Source of the DNA: Planctomycetota bacterium
GTDB lineage: Bacteria; Planctomycetota; SZUA-567; H5-PLA8
DNA: 64,000 nucleotides
NCBI GenBank assembly: GCA_045863855.1
Contig: BTVV01000024.1
Span: 1-64,000 of the forward strand
Direction: 5' to 3'
The notes below the pieces were generated by a model. The model made no database searches. It was not told where the DNA came from and was given only the letters and a program-made list of their open reading frames with translations. Position 1 is the first letter of the stretch. Each line of letters starts with the position of its first letter. Positions 1 through 8,529 of this stretch are shown here, piece after piece. The position numbers and the translations under genes were made by a program.

Positions 1-100
1 AATCCTTCCGGGTACACAAAAAAAAGTCCGGTAGCACGTTCGCGCGTGCGCGGGCCATTGGTTGTGCCAAGCCGTATTGCGCGCGCCGGGGAGCCTTATT

Positions 101-1486
101 GTGGCCGAATTGCGGGTTGCTTCGTGGCATGCCGTGCGCGAACGCCTGCAAGCAGCACTCAGTCCCGAGTCCTTCGACACGTGGTTTCAGCAGGTCGAGT
201 TGGTCGAGTGGGACGGGGAGTGCTTGAAGCTGGCGGTTCGAAATCGATACGTGAAGCAGTGGATCGAAGATCATTATCGTCGCGAGTTGCTTCGTGCGGC
301 GCGCGAGGTTGAGCCGGAGACGCGCAAGGTGGAACTGCACGTGCAACCCGCGGTGACCGAACGCAGCGCACAGGCCACGGCGATCGGCGGCATTCTTGAG
401 AATGTGATTCAGCCGCGCCCGCGCGACACTCGTGCGCCGGCCGAGGACGACCGCAGCGCGTTCGAGCGGGCGAGTTCCGGGACGGGCTGGCGCTTGGACG
501 ATTTCGTGCAGGGCGCATGCAACCGGCTGGCCTATTCGGCGGCCCGGTCGCTCGTCGATTCCCCCGCCACGGCGTATAACCCCCTCTTTTTGCACGGCGA
601 TCACGGCTTGGGCAAGACGCACCTGTTGCAGGGCCTCGAGAGGGCGCTGCGCATCGCGCGCCCGAACGCTAAGGTGAAGCTGCTCTCGTGCGAAGCCTTT
701 GCCAACGAGTATTTGCGCGCGGTGCAGGACCGCAAGATCGACCGCTTCCGCGAAACGTATCGTTCGAGCGACGTGCTGCTGGTGGACGATGTGCAGTTTT
801 TGGTCGGCAAAGAGAAGACGCAGGAAGAGTTCCTCTATACGTTCGACGCCTTGGTGAATGCCGGCAAGCAGGTGGTGCTGACGGCGGATCAGGCTCCGCG
901 GACGATCAAGGAACTCGACGCGCGGCTGCTGGCGCGATTCCAGTCGGGGCTGGTGGTTCGGCTGGACCGGCCGGACTACGAGACTCGGGTGGAGTTGATT
1001 CAGTCGAAGGCGGTGGCGCGACGGATGACCTTGCCGCTGGAGCTGGCCGAACTGCTGGCGATGCGGATCGACTTGAGCGTGCGCGAGTTGGAAGGCGCGG
1101 TCTGCAAGCTCTCGGCGCTGGCGGCGGCCGAAGGGCGGCTGCCCGACCGCGAGATGGCATCGCTGGCGCTGCGCGAATTAGGATACCTGCGCGAGGGTCC
1201 GCTTTCGCCGGCCGAGATTCTGGAAGCCGTGGCGCAGCGCATGAACTTTGAAGTCGACCAGATCCGCGGCGCGAAGCGGCATGCGGGTCTGGTGCAGGCG
1301 CGGCATCTGGCGATGTTTCTCTGCAAGCAGCTCACCTCGTACAGCCTCAGCGAAATCGGGCGTTTCTTCGGCAACCGCGATCACAGCACCGTCTTGCACG
1401 CCGTGCGCAAAATGGATCGGCAGTTTAAGAAGGATGAGGACATGCAGCGCGAAGTTCAGGCGCTGCGCCGCGGGCTGGGACGCTGA
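101..1486 (+). CDS. dnaA: Chromosomal replication initiator DnaA
   Basis: Domain I (FDTWF), YNPLFLHGDHGLGKTHL Walker A, DDVQF Walker B, RELEGA, domain IV RDHSTVLHA. GTG at 101 with GGGAG upstream is preferred over 62. Confidence 0.96.
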   Translation: MAELRVASWHAVRERLQAALSPESFDTWFQQVELVEWDGECLKLAVRNRYVKQWIEDHYRRELLRAAREVEPETRKVELHVQPAVTERSAQATAIGGILENVIQPRPRDTRAPAEDDRSAFERASSGTGWRLDDFVQGACNRLAYSAARSLVDSPATAYNPLFLHGDHGLGKTHLLQGLERALRIARPNAKVKLLSCEAFANEYLRAVQDRKIDRFRETYRSSDVLLVDDVQFLVGKEKTQEEFLYTFDALVNAGKQVVLTADQAPRTIKELDARLLARFQSGLVVRLDRPDYETRVELIQSKAVARRMTLPLELAELLAMRIDLSVRELEGAVCKLSALAAAEGRLPDREMASLALRELGYLREGPLSPAEILEAVAQRMNFEVDQIRGAKRHAGLVQARHLAMFLCKQLTSYSLSEIGRFFGNRDHSTVLHAVRKMDRQFKKDEDMQREVQALRRGLGR

Positions 1487-1524
1487 GCGCTACCTTATAA
1501 GGTAGGCGCGCATTCATCGGAACG

Positions 1525-1560
1525 AAAACAGGCCGCCCTCAAGGGCGGCCTGTTTTGTTT
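1525..1560. terminator. Bidirectional intrinsic terminator between dnaA and aminotransferase
   Basis: AAAACAGGCCGCCCT-CA-AGGGCGGCCTGTTTT inverted repeat with A/T tails, between convergent genes. Confidence 0.85.
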
Positions 1561-1581
1561 AATCCACTAACTACAAACGAG

Positions 1582-2745
1582 TTACAGAAGCACTTCCTTC
1601 GGCGCTTGGGCCAGGACGTCCTGCGCGGCGGCCAGTCCGGCGCCAAGCTTGACCCCGTACCCGTTGGCTTTCAGGCCCAGTTCCAACGCCGCGATGCCGC
1701 TGAGCGTATCCATCCCGCTGCAATAGCCCATGTGCGCGATACGGAACATCTTGCCTTTCATCTCGCCTTGGCCGTTGGCGAGGGTGACGCCGTAGCGGTC
1801 GCGGGCGGTCTTGATCACGGCGCTGCTGTCGAGTCCGCCGGGGCTCTTGACGACGGTGAGCACCTCGGCGGGGCTGTCGGGGAAGAGTTCGAGCCCCAGG
1901 GCTTTGACGGCGGCGCGGGTGGCTTGGGCCAGGACCGCGTGGCGCTTGTGGACGTTGTGGATGCCTTCTTCGACGAGCATGGCGAGGGCTTCGTTCTGCG
2001 CGTCGAAGAGCGTATTGGCCGGCGTGAACGGAGGATCGTTCTCGGGAAGTCCTTTGCGCGCGCGGAGCAGCGAAGAGTAATACGTGGGCGCGCCTTTGTT
2101 CGCTTCGACGACCTTCCAGGCGCGGGGGCTGACGGAGAGCATGGAGAGGCCGGGGGGCATCATCAGGCCCTTCTGGCTGCCGGCCATGAAGAGGTCGACG
2201 CCCCAGGCATCGACCGGACAGGCCATGCCGATGGCGCCGCTGATGCCGTCTACGCCGTAGAGCGCTTCGGGGTTGACCTTGCGCACGGCTTTCCCGATGT
2301 TCTCGATATCGTACTTCGCGCCGGTGCTGGTCTCGCAGAGGTGCAGGTAGACGGCCTGGACGGCCGGGTCTTTGGCGCGTTCGGCGACCTGTTCGGGCGT
2401 GGGGCTGCGGCCGTAGTCGAGCTTGAGTACATCGAGCCCGAGCTTGTACTGTTCGCAGATCTGGACGAGGCGTTCGCCCCACTTGCCGGCGCTGACGACG
2501 ACGGCTTTGCGTCCGGGGCTGACGACGTTGACGATCGCGGCCTCCATGGCGACGGTGCCGGAGCCGGTGAAGACGAGTACGTCGTTCTTCGTTTCGAAGA
2601 CCTGCTGGAGGCGCTGTCGGACCTGGGCGTAAATTTCGCGGAAGCGCGTGGAGCGGTGATACCAGGCTTGCTCCATCAGCTTGGCTCGCACGCGGTGCGG
2701 CACCTGGCTGGGTCCGGGGGTGAGCAGGATTTCCTTCAGCGCCAT
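1582..2745 (-). CDS. Class V PLP aminotransferase (serine-pyruvate/alanine-glyoxylate family)
   Basis: LLTPGPS, HRS, ETSTG, DGIS, GSQKGLMMPPGL (PLP Lys), FRIAHMG. Start at MALKEIL. Confidence 0.9.
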   Translation of the reverse strand: MALKEILLTPGPSQVPHRVRAKLMEQAWYHRSTRFREIYAQVRQRLQQVFETKNDVLVFTGSGTVAMEAAIVNVVSPGRKAVVVSAGKWGERLVQICEQYKLGLDVLKLDYGRSPTPEQVAERAKDPAVQAVYLHLCETSTGAKYDIENIGKAVRKVNPEALYGVDGISGAIGMACPVDAWGVDLFMAGSQKGLMMPPGLSMLSVSPRAWKVVEANKGAPTYYSSLLRARKGLPENDPPFTPANTLFDAQNEALAMLVEEGIHNVHKRHAVLAQATRAAVKALGLELFPDSPAEVLTVVKSPGGLDSSAVIKTARDRYGVTLANGQGEMKGKMFRIAHMGYCSGMDTLSGIAALELGLKANGYGVKLGAGLAAAQDVLAQAPKEVLL

Positions 2746-2947
2746 GGCGACATCGTCCTTTCTTGGGCCGAACGGGTTTGAAAAGCGAATCGGCTGAAGA
2801 CAGTTTACCCTCGCCCGGAAGGCCGAAAAGGACCGATGTCCGGCTGCGGATCGAATCGGCGCAAGGTGCGGTTCAAAAACCAAGGCGGGCCGAAGGGCGA
2901 AGGCAGGAACCCAAGGCGCGGCGCGAAATTCGGCTTCGCGAAGAGGC

Positions 2948-3640
2948 TTAATTCAGGCGCTTGGCGCACGCGTAAATATTACATCCGCTGGCGCGCAGAA
3001 ACCCGGCCAAGGTCACGTTAAAGCGTTCGGCTGTCTCCACGGCCAGGCTGGACGGCGCACCGACGGCCGCGACGACGGGGATGCCGGCCATCACGGCTTT
3101 CTGGAGCAGCTCGTAACTGGCCCGTCCGCTGACCAGGAGCACGCGGTCGCGCAGGGGGAGTTCGTCGCGCAAAAAGTGCGCGCCGATGAGCTTGTCGAGC
3201 GCGTTGTGCCGGCCGACGTCTTCGCGAAGGTCCAGCAGTTCGCCGGCGGCGGAGAAGAGCGCTGCGGCGTGGAGGCCGCCGGTGCGTTCGAAGACGGCTT
3301 GGGCGGCGCGGAGTCGTTCGGGCATGGCCTGGAGCCGTGCGGCGGAAAGCAGCGGTTCTTGCGGGACGGGGAGCGGTTCGGCGTGGATGGCCAGGGCTTC
3401 CAGCGAAGCCTTGCCGCAGACGCCGCAACTGGAGGTCGTGTAGAAGTTCCGCGACACGCGGACGAGGTCGCAGGCCACGCCCGCGCGAAGCGTGACGCGG
3501 ACGGCGTTCTTGAGCTGCGGTTCGGGCGTACCGTCGACGCAGTAGCTGACGTCGAGCACGTCGTCGCGGCGCTTGAGCAGCCCTTCGGTGAAGAGGAAGC
3601 CGGCGGCGAGTTCGAAGTCGTCGGCGGGCGTGCGCATGGT
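2948..3640 (-). pseudogene. fdhD: Formate dehydrogenase accessory sulfurtransferase FdhD, 5'-truncated
   Basis: TMRTP..DFELAAGFL, SSCGVCGK, TGGLHAA, EDVGRHNALDKLIG, APSSLAV are present. The usual N-terminal EEPLEIR segment is absent and similarity stops at ~3640; the upstream frame hits TGA at 3722-3724. Confidence 0.75.
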
Positions 3641-3696
3641 CGCCCGGGCTTGGAAGCCCGGGCCATCCCACACCCCCTTTAAGGAGGGCCGTACCC

Positions 3697-3912
3697 ATGG
3701 CCGTAACCGTTCGCCACGGCGTCAACACGCTCACGCTGGAGACGCTGGCCGGGAAGTCCGTTGCGCAGGTCCGCGAGGAGGTCGGCGGCCTCTTGAACGT
3801 CCCCGAGACGGCGCAGGTCCGCGTCAACGGGCTCCCGGCCGTCGACGGCCAGGGCGTCCCCGAGGGCGCCAGCGTCGAGTTCGTGAAGGTCGCCGGCGAG
3901 AAGGGCGCGTAG
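3697..3912 (+). CDS. Prokaryotic ubiquitin-like (beta-grasp) protein
   Basis: 71 aa, AAGGAGG RBS, ThiS/MoaD-like pattern VRVNG...VPEGASVEFVK, C-terminus AGEKGA, first gene of an E2/JAB/E1 operon. Confidence 0.8.
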   Translation: MAVTVRHGVNTLTLETLAGKSVAQVREEVGGLLNVPETAQVRVNGLPAVDGQGVPEGASVEFVKVAGEKGA

Positions 3913-3991
3913 CCCTCGGCCGGAGTCCACCCTAGGCGGCGCGCCCTGACCAACCCGGCTGGGGCGCGCCGCCATAAACCCAGGAGCCCCC

Positions 3992-4741
3992 ATGGCCACA
4001 TCAGACGAACGCCGGCGCATCGCCATCGAAGGCGGGCTGGTGCGCCTGGAACGGACAGTGATCGAACGCGAAGCCCGTACGGAAGACTTTCTGGCCGAGA
4101 TCGCGCGGATGCAGCCGGTGGATACCGGCGTCTTGCCCGAAGGCTGCATGCTCATGGCGCGGCGCTGCGACGCCCAGAAGCGCTGCTCGAACCTGTACGT
4201 GATCGAACGAGCTCCGGGCATGCAGCGGATTCACTTCAACGGCGATCCCGGCGCCGAAGACGACGCGGAAGACTCCAACGCTGCGCACGAAGTCGTGGAA
4301 CTGAACCTCTCCTGGCCGCGCACGCTCTGGATCTGCCGCACGAGCCAGGCCGCGGCGGAGGCGGCGATCGTCGTCACGGACTTGTGGGTCGTGGCCGTGA
4401 AGACCTCCGTGCGCGAGACCGAACGCAACACGCCGATATTCTGCCTGCCCATGCCGAACATCTACCACGAGGGCCACGGCGCCATCTGCATGGGCAATCT
4501 TTCCGTGGGCAATTGCGAGAACCCGCTGGCCGACCGGATCGACGCGGCCATCCACGGGGTTTTGGATTCGGCCTGGAACACGGACCTGATGCCGGAGTTC
4601 GAGCGCCTGGAGATCGCCAGCCTGGCCGACTGGGCCGAAAAGAGTGCCGCCGATCCGGCGTTCCACCGTCAGATCACCTATCAACCGCACCGCCAAGCCA
4701 CCTTGGGCGGACTCCTGCTGCACCTGGCCCCCAGCCCCTAA
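3992..4741 (+). CDS. Prokaryotic E2-like protein (Prok-E2 family D / PRTRC protein B-like)
   Basis: LSWPRTLW and PMPNIYHEGHGAICMGN match the E2 'P-x-PN-x-x..G-x-IC-x-G' catalytic Cys motif; AGGAG RBS; operon context. Confidence 0.72.
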   Translation: MATSDERRRIAIEGGLVRLERTVIEREARTEDFLAEIARMQPVDTGVLPEGCMLMARRCDAQKRCSNLYVIERAPGMQRIHFNGDPGAEDDAEDSNAAHEVVELNLSWPRTLWICRTSQAAAEAAIVVTDLWVVAVKTSVRETERNTPIFCLPMPNIYHEGHGAICMGNLSVGNCENPLADRIDAAIHGVLDSAWNTDLMPEFERLEIASLADWAEKSAADPAFHRQITYQPHRQATLGGLLLHLAPSP

Positions 4742-4761
4742 CCCAGAAAGGACCGCTACCC

Positions 4762-5094
4762 GTGAAGCCCTTCGATGCCGTGGAAGCCGCCCTTCGAAAC
4801 TGCCCGCCGTTCGAGAGCCGCTCGCTGGGCGATTTCCTGGGCGATCTGGTGACCGAAGATCTGGACGCCCTGGCGCAGCTGCCGGGATCGCCCGGACAGG
4901 TACTGGCCGCGCAGTTTACGTGCTACGCCCGCAGTTCCGTCCCGCTTAGCGAAGCGCTCCAGCAGCAGACCGAGCCTTTCTTAACCTTGCAGGACACGCT
5001 GGGGCGATTGTCCGCTCTGGGTGCTTTACCGGCCAAGCGCAGGAGGTCCGCGCGTGCAGATCCATCCGATTCCCAAGCCCGCTCCGGGCGCTGA
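4762..5094 (+). CDS. Hypothetical protein (110 aa) in Ubl operon
   Basis: GTG at 4762 with AAAGGA RBS, fills the gap between E2 and JAB; 3' end overlaps the JAB start. Confidence 0.55.
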   Translation: MKPFDAVEAALRNCPPFESRSLGDFLGDLVTEDLDALAQLPGSPGQVLAAQFTCYARSSVPLSEALQQQTEPFLTLQDTLGRLSALGALPAKRRRSARADPSDSQARSGR

Positions 5095-5902
5095 GCCGGA
5101 GTTGCCGAAAGAGCCGCTGTGTTACGTCGCCGGCGCCACGGGGTTGTTCAAGGTCATCCGAAATCCCTTCTACAGCGCTTGCGTCCCGGCCGGCGAAGTG
5201 GCCGGCTTGGCCGATCTGAAAGAAGGCGCCCAGTTGCACGTGCCCAAGCTGCCGCTGGAGCTGTTCCGCCGGATCGAGTCGTTCTTCGTGGCCGTCTTCC
5301 ACAAGTACGGCTCGGAGGCGGTGGTGCTCCTGTACTGCGATCCGGTGAAAGGCCGCTGGGAGGCGCTTGCGCCGCCGCAGACCGTGCGCGGTCTGCATGT
5401 CGAGTACGGCCTGGAGACGCTCCCCGAGCCACCGCCCGGGTATCAGCTCTTCGGGACCGTCCACAGCCATGCCAACGTGAATGCGTTCCATTCGGGGACC
5501 GACGACGAAGACGAAGCGCACTTCGACGGCTTGCACATCACCGTCGGGCACGTGGACAGGCCGCAGCGCAGCTACGCCTGCCGCTGGATGATCGCGGGCA
5601 AGGCGTTCAAGTCCGACCTTGACGACGTCGTCCGGCTTGAGGCGTTGCCGAAGGCCGAGGCGCAGTGGCTGGCGCAGGTCACCCAGGCGCGTCCGAAGCC
5701 GGCGCAAGCGCCGGCCTTCGCCGAGAGCCGATCGGGTGGGGGGCAGCCGTCGTTCTGGGAGGAAGCCCTGCCCGAAGAGTTCGAGACCCACGAAGAGTAT
5801 CTGCTTTACCTGGAGTCCTTGCGCGAGGACCTCGACGCGCGGATCTACGAGGCCGGACAGTACGAACCCCCCATCGGAGAACGCCATGCGGCCACACGCT
5901 GA
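5054..5902 (+). CDS. JAB/MPN+ metalloisopeptidase (PRTRC protein A-like)
   Basis: Glu in SEAVVLLY plus HSHANVNAFHSGTD = HxH-x7-SxxD JAMM motif; GTG 5054 with AGGAGG RBS. Confidence 0.88.
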   Translation: MQIHPIPKPAPGAEPELPKEPLCYVAGATGLFKVIRNPFYSACVPAGEVAGLADLKEGAQLHVPKLPLELFRRIESFFVAVFHKYGSEAVVLLYCDPVKGRWEALAPPQTVRGLHVEYGLETLPEPPPGYQLFGTVHSHANVNAFHSGTDDEDEAHFDGLHITVGHVDRPQRSYACRWMIAGKAFKSDLDDVVRLEALPKAEAQWLAQVTQARPKPAQAPAFAESRSGGGQPSFWEEALPEEFETHEEYLLYLESLREDLDARIYEAGQYEPPIGERHAATR

Positions 5903-6608
5903 ACGGATTACTTTGGTCGGTTGCGGCGGGATTGGGAGCTGGTTTTTGGCCCCGCTGCTGCGCTTCCTGAACGCCGAGCGCTATGCCGGCGAGATTCATC
6001 TCTGGGACGGCGATCGCTATGCCGAAAGCAACGCCCAGCGCCAGGAGTTCGCCTTCGAGCGCCTGGGCGCAAACAAGGCGCAGGTCCAGGCTGAGTGCTT
6101 CCTGACCCATTATCCGGCTCTGCGGCTCTATGCGCATCCCGAGTACGTCGCCGACCGAACGGTGGCCGACGCAGTACGCGATCGCACGATCGTGCTGGTG
6201 GCGGTGGATAACCACCCCGCTCGGCGCCGGATCGCGTTGCAGGCCGAACGGCTACGCGACGTATGCGTACTCTCGGCCGGGAACGAACGCCTCGACGGGA
6301 ACGTACATGTCACCTGGCGCCGAGGCGGGCGCGATTTGACCGTGCCGCTTTTGGCCCGGCATCCCGACGTCGCACGCAGCCAGGCCGGCGACCGAGCCGA
6401 GGCCGGCTGCGAAGACCTGATCGAACAGGGCGAGACCCAGCTTCTGGTGACCAACTTCATGGCCGCCGCGGGGCTCTTAGCCGCGTTTCATGCGCTCTGG
6501 ACTCACGGCGAGCGCCACGGCCGGCGGAAGAACTCGGTCGTGCCGCAGGAGCTTTACTTCGACGCGGGAGCCTGCGCGATGGCGCTGGTTCCCGCCGCAC
6601 CACGTTAG
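5886..6608 (+). CDS. ThiF/E1-family adenylyltransferase
   Basis: VGCGGIG, DGDRYAESNAQRQ, GANKA, VDNHPAR, candidate catalytic Cys in AGCEDL; no CxxC zinc pairs. Confidence 0.9.
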   Translation: MRPHAERITLVGCGGIGSWFLAPLLRFLNAERYAGEIHLWDGDRYAESNAQRQEFAFERLGANKAQVQAECFLTHYPALRLYAHPEYVADRTVADAVRDRTIVLVAVDNHPARRRIALQAERLRDVCVLSAGNERLDGNVHVTWRRGGRDLTVPLLARHPDVARSQAGDRAEAGCEDLIEQGETQLLVTNFMAAAGLLAAFHALWTHGERHGRRKNSVVPQELYFDAGACAMALVPAAPR

Positions 6609-6616
6609 GAGAGCCA

Positions 6617-7363
6617 ATGCCGATCTTCGTCCTGCATGCGGCCCACGTGCTTCAGGCCGCCCATAACTCCAGTACGCAGGTGATCCTCCCACTTACCGCC
6701 ACGGACTCGAGGGACAACTACTCGATGGACGAAGGCGACGGCCTGTGGATCCCCGAATACGTCGCATGGATGGAACAGATCGTCCGGCGCATGACCGGAT
6801 CGCCTTCGTTTGCCTTCTCGAACGATCGGGAACTGGAGGACGATTTGTTCTATGACGTGCCCGTCGCCCATCTGCGTGGGCTGTTAATCGAGTTCACCAA
6901 CCGTGTCTACCCGGGTTGGCGCGATCGAATCGATCTGCCCGACTACGACGACGTGCGTGAGGGCTGCCGCGGTTACTGCGACGGCTGCGACAGCGCGTAC
7001 CGGACTATCTACGGCACCTACGACGGGCCTCTGGCCGAGGACGTCGAAGAGGACGAGGACGCGGACGAAGCGAATCTGGACCCACAAGAGCGCGAAGCGC
7101 GCATTCATCGCAACGCCGCGCGTTCTGTTGAGCGGATGCAACTTCAAGCCGACCAGGAAGCCGCCGAAGACGAGGTGGTCGATTCCGAATGGGTTTGCGA
7201 CACCGACTGCGATCCGTTCCTGGATCATGTAATCGAATCGTTCCGCGAACGTATGGAGTGCGACACCGACCGGCTCGACTCGGAGTGGGACGCGTTTACG
7301 AAAGAACGGGGCATCCGGATCTTCCCGCCGCTCTTGGTTTCGTTGGCCCGCGCCTCAGCCTAG
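6617..7363 (+). CDS. Hypothetical acidic, Cys-containing protein
   Basis: ATG 6617 with AGGAGA RBS, 8 nt after E1 stop; Asp/Glu-rich; CRGYCDGC and CDTDC. Confidence 0.7.
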   Translation: MPIFVLHAAHVLQAAHNSSTQVILPLTATDSRDNYSMDEGDGLWIPEYVAWMEQIVRRMTGSPSFAFSNDRELEDDLFYDVPVAHLRGLLIEFTNRVYPGWRDRIDLPDYDDVREGCRGYCDGCDSAYRTIYGTYDGPLAEDVEEDEDADEANLDPQEREARIHRNAARSVERMQLQADQEAAEDEVVDSEWVCDTDCDPFLDHVIESFRERMECDTDRLDSEWDAFTKERGIRIFPPLLVSLARASA

Positions 7364-7453
7364 GGATGCGTCCGCAAAAAAAGTCCACGCCTTTCACGCT
7401 CCCCACGTTCCTGGGGAATCCCGCTTTTCCAACCCTTGAACCCGGAGCAGCCC

Positions 7454-8464
7454 ATGACCACGAACCTGTCGTTAGGCACGGTGTTTTTCCTGGACGGGCT
7501 CGTGCCCGTCACCACCGACCGCGTCCGTTCAAGCCTGGAGGCCTCGGGACTCGATCCGCAGATGGCCCGCGACCTAGCCAAGCGCTTCTGCTTCTCGCGG
7601 GCCAAGAACAAGCTCCGCGACGAGGGGCTGATCGACGAAGTCGGCGAGACCGATACGCGCTGGACCTGGCAGCTCTCGCGGCGCTACCGCGAAGAGAACC
7701 GCCTGGGCTACGAGTTCGAAGCCGCGTTTTGGTTCGATAAGGCGAACCAGTCCGTGGGCGCCGACAACGCGGTGCTCCTGGAGAAGGTCCAAGCGCTCTT
7801 CGCCCAGTACGGCGCTCTGTACCTGGCCGGGGACATCACCAAGGTCGTACGCCGGATCTTCGAAGCCCAGAAAGGGATGGTGAAGCTGCGCCACGCCGGC
7901 GCGATCTACTTCGTGCCGCGGGAGAACCGCGCCCTCATGGATAAGGTCGCGGCCTTCGTGCGCGATCTGGGCGGGCAGTGCGTAACCGTCCCCGTGGGGG
8001 CCGAGAATACCATGGTCCGCGATAAGGCCTTGGAGATGCTCGTCGAGGCCGTGCGCGGCGATCTTGGCAGGGTAGTCGGCGAGATGAAGGCCTTGGAGGC
8101 CCAAGGCGAAGCGCTCACCCCGCGCAAGGCCAAGAACCGTTGGCAGGAACTGGCCGCGCAACTCGATCGAATCAAGCTCTTCGCGCGGAGCCTCTCGACC
8201 GATGCCACAGGGCTCTTGGGGCAGGTCCGGGATTCTGAGTTGGACCTGGCGTTGGTGGCCCAGGCCGACCTGGACGTGATCGCGGCGTTGGCGCACGCCG
8301 GCAAGGTGGGCGGGGCGCTCTCCCAGATCGTCCGCCATGCCTACGCAGGGGAACTCCCGCCGATCCGCTCGGCGCGGGTGCGCGCCGCCCGCGTGGTGCT
8401 GGAAGGCCCGGAGACGATCCAGTTGCCCGTGGTCGCGGGCCGAGCGCCCGCGCTGGAAGCGTAA
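7454..8464 (+). CDS. DUF6744-like hypothetical protein
   Basis: GGAG RBS; pattern LG.V.F...L...GLDP...FSRA and LRHAGAIYFVP followed by helical C-terminus, recalled from DUF6744. Confidence 0.55.
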   Translation: MTTNLSLGTVFFLDGLVPVTTDRVRSSLEASGLDPQMARDLAKRFCFSRAKNKLRDEGLIDEVGETDTRWTWQLSRRYREENRLGYEFEAAFWFDKANQSVGADNAVLLEKVQALFAQYGALYLAGDITKVVRRIFEAQKGMVKLRHAGAIYFVPRENRALMDKVAAFVRDLGGQCVTVPVGAENTMVRDKALEMLVEAVRGDLGRVVGEMKALEAQGEALTPRKAKNRWQELAAQLDRIKLFARSLSTDATGLLGQVRDSELDLALVAQADLDVIAALAHAGKVGGALSQIVRHAYAGELPPIRSARVRAARVVLEGPETIQLPVVAGRAPALEA

Positions 8465-8529
8465 GTACCTACCGTGTCGCTCACCGCGAGCGCGCTTACT
8501 TCCCCGATCCCTGAACAGGAGGCTTGTAC

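Noticed and set aside
1490..1505. parS site
   Set aside because: Palindromic, but does not match TGTTTCACGTGAAACA.
3697..6608. Thiamine/molybdopterin sulfur-carrier operon (ThiS-ThiF or MoaD-MoeB)
   Set aside because: No GG terminus, no thiG/moaE, E1 lacks zinc CxxC pairs, and an E2-like gene is present. Proximity to fdhD looks like a junction effect.
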